A DNA stretch of 62,951 nt, the filler included, from Reticulomyxa filosa (Eukaryota; Protista; Foraminifera), in the NCBI GenBank assembly GCA_000512085.1. It is 17 parts of 17 records of this genome, joined end to end, with 100 filler letters (N's around TTAATTAATTAA, not from the genome) between each part and the next. Parts side by side here need not be neighbours in the genome. Positions count along the whole stretch, not along the records: positions 61,797 to 62,951 come from ASPP01022779.1; 16 more parts are not named here. One strand, given 5' to 3'. How positions within the stretch are numbered: position 1 is the stretch's first letter; each line of letters opens with the position of its first letter. Below the pieces are notes generated by a model. It did not search any database. It saw only the letters and a list, made by a program, of their open reading frames with translations, and was not told the DNA's origin. Shown here piece by piece: positions 62,726 to 62,951 of this stretch. Position numbers and translations under genes: made by a program.

Positions 62726-62951
62726 GTTGTTAATGTTTCTGAATAAAACAACCAATCGATCACATCTCTTTGAAACATGAATAATGACAGAATATTCAAT
62801 TATTGTATTGAGATTATTTTACAAACTATTCAATGTAGCTGTTGCAACTATTCAAAACATAAACGCATTATTTGCAATTTGATTGCAAAGATAGAAAAAT
62901 AATGCGTTTAGTTTTTGCTGTTTGTTAATGAACAAAATCCAAGTCTTTTGG

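Noticed and set aside
1-62951. Treating the whole window as one physical defence island
   Set aside because: Several spacers cut genes whose continuation is not on the other side (e.g. PKG at 13392, both genes at 23915-24014), so adjacency across spacers cannot be trusted.

Overview
AT-rich, intron-containing eukaryotic (protist) draft-genome sequence. It consists of 17 contig pieces joined by sixteen artificial 100-nt spacers (44 N + TTAATTAATTAA + 44 N), so linkage across spacers is unproven. The expanded WD40/Kelch families, NACHT-WD40, homopolymer-rich short introns and standard genetic code suggest a rhizarian such as the foraminifer Reticulomyxa (inference, not verified). Recognisable genes: arylsulfatase, WD40 proteins, a RING/TRAF-like N-terminus, a NACHT-pentapeptide-16xWD40 STAND/NLR-like protein, two related orphan multi-TM proteins, a 3-cNMP-domain cGMP-dependent kinase, a GT61 glycosyltransferase, a Kelch-WD40 fusion, an F-box protein, a SHIP-like inositol 5-phosphatase, a phosphoesterase (NPC/PlcH type), a SAM-coiled-coil protein abutting a TBCE C-terminus, a metallophosphoesterase, a long coiled-coil protein, a tectonin-like lectin, ALY/REF, a SMARCD/BAF60 N-terminus, and RNF213-like and Kelch pseudogenes. 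The main candidates for new biology are: (i) an NLR-like NACHT receptor and a nearby RelA/SpoT-like nucleotidyltransferase remnant, hinting at a protist immune module; (ii) a ~35-aa exon-encoded W-x8-GWIxxF motif preceding three different beta-propellers; (iii) introns with poly-A rather than polypyrimidine acceptor tracts; (iv) a nested direct/inverted repeat element. No rRNA, tRNA or CRISPR array was recognised. All domain calls are by-eye motif recognition; no database searches were run.
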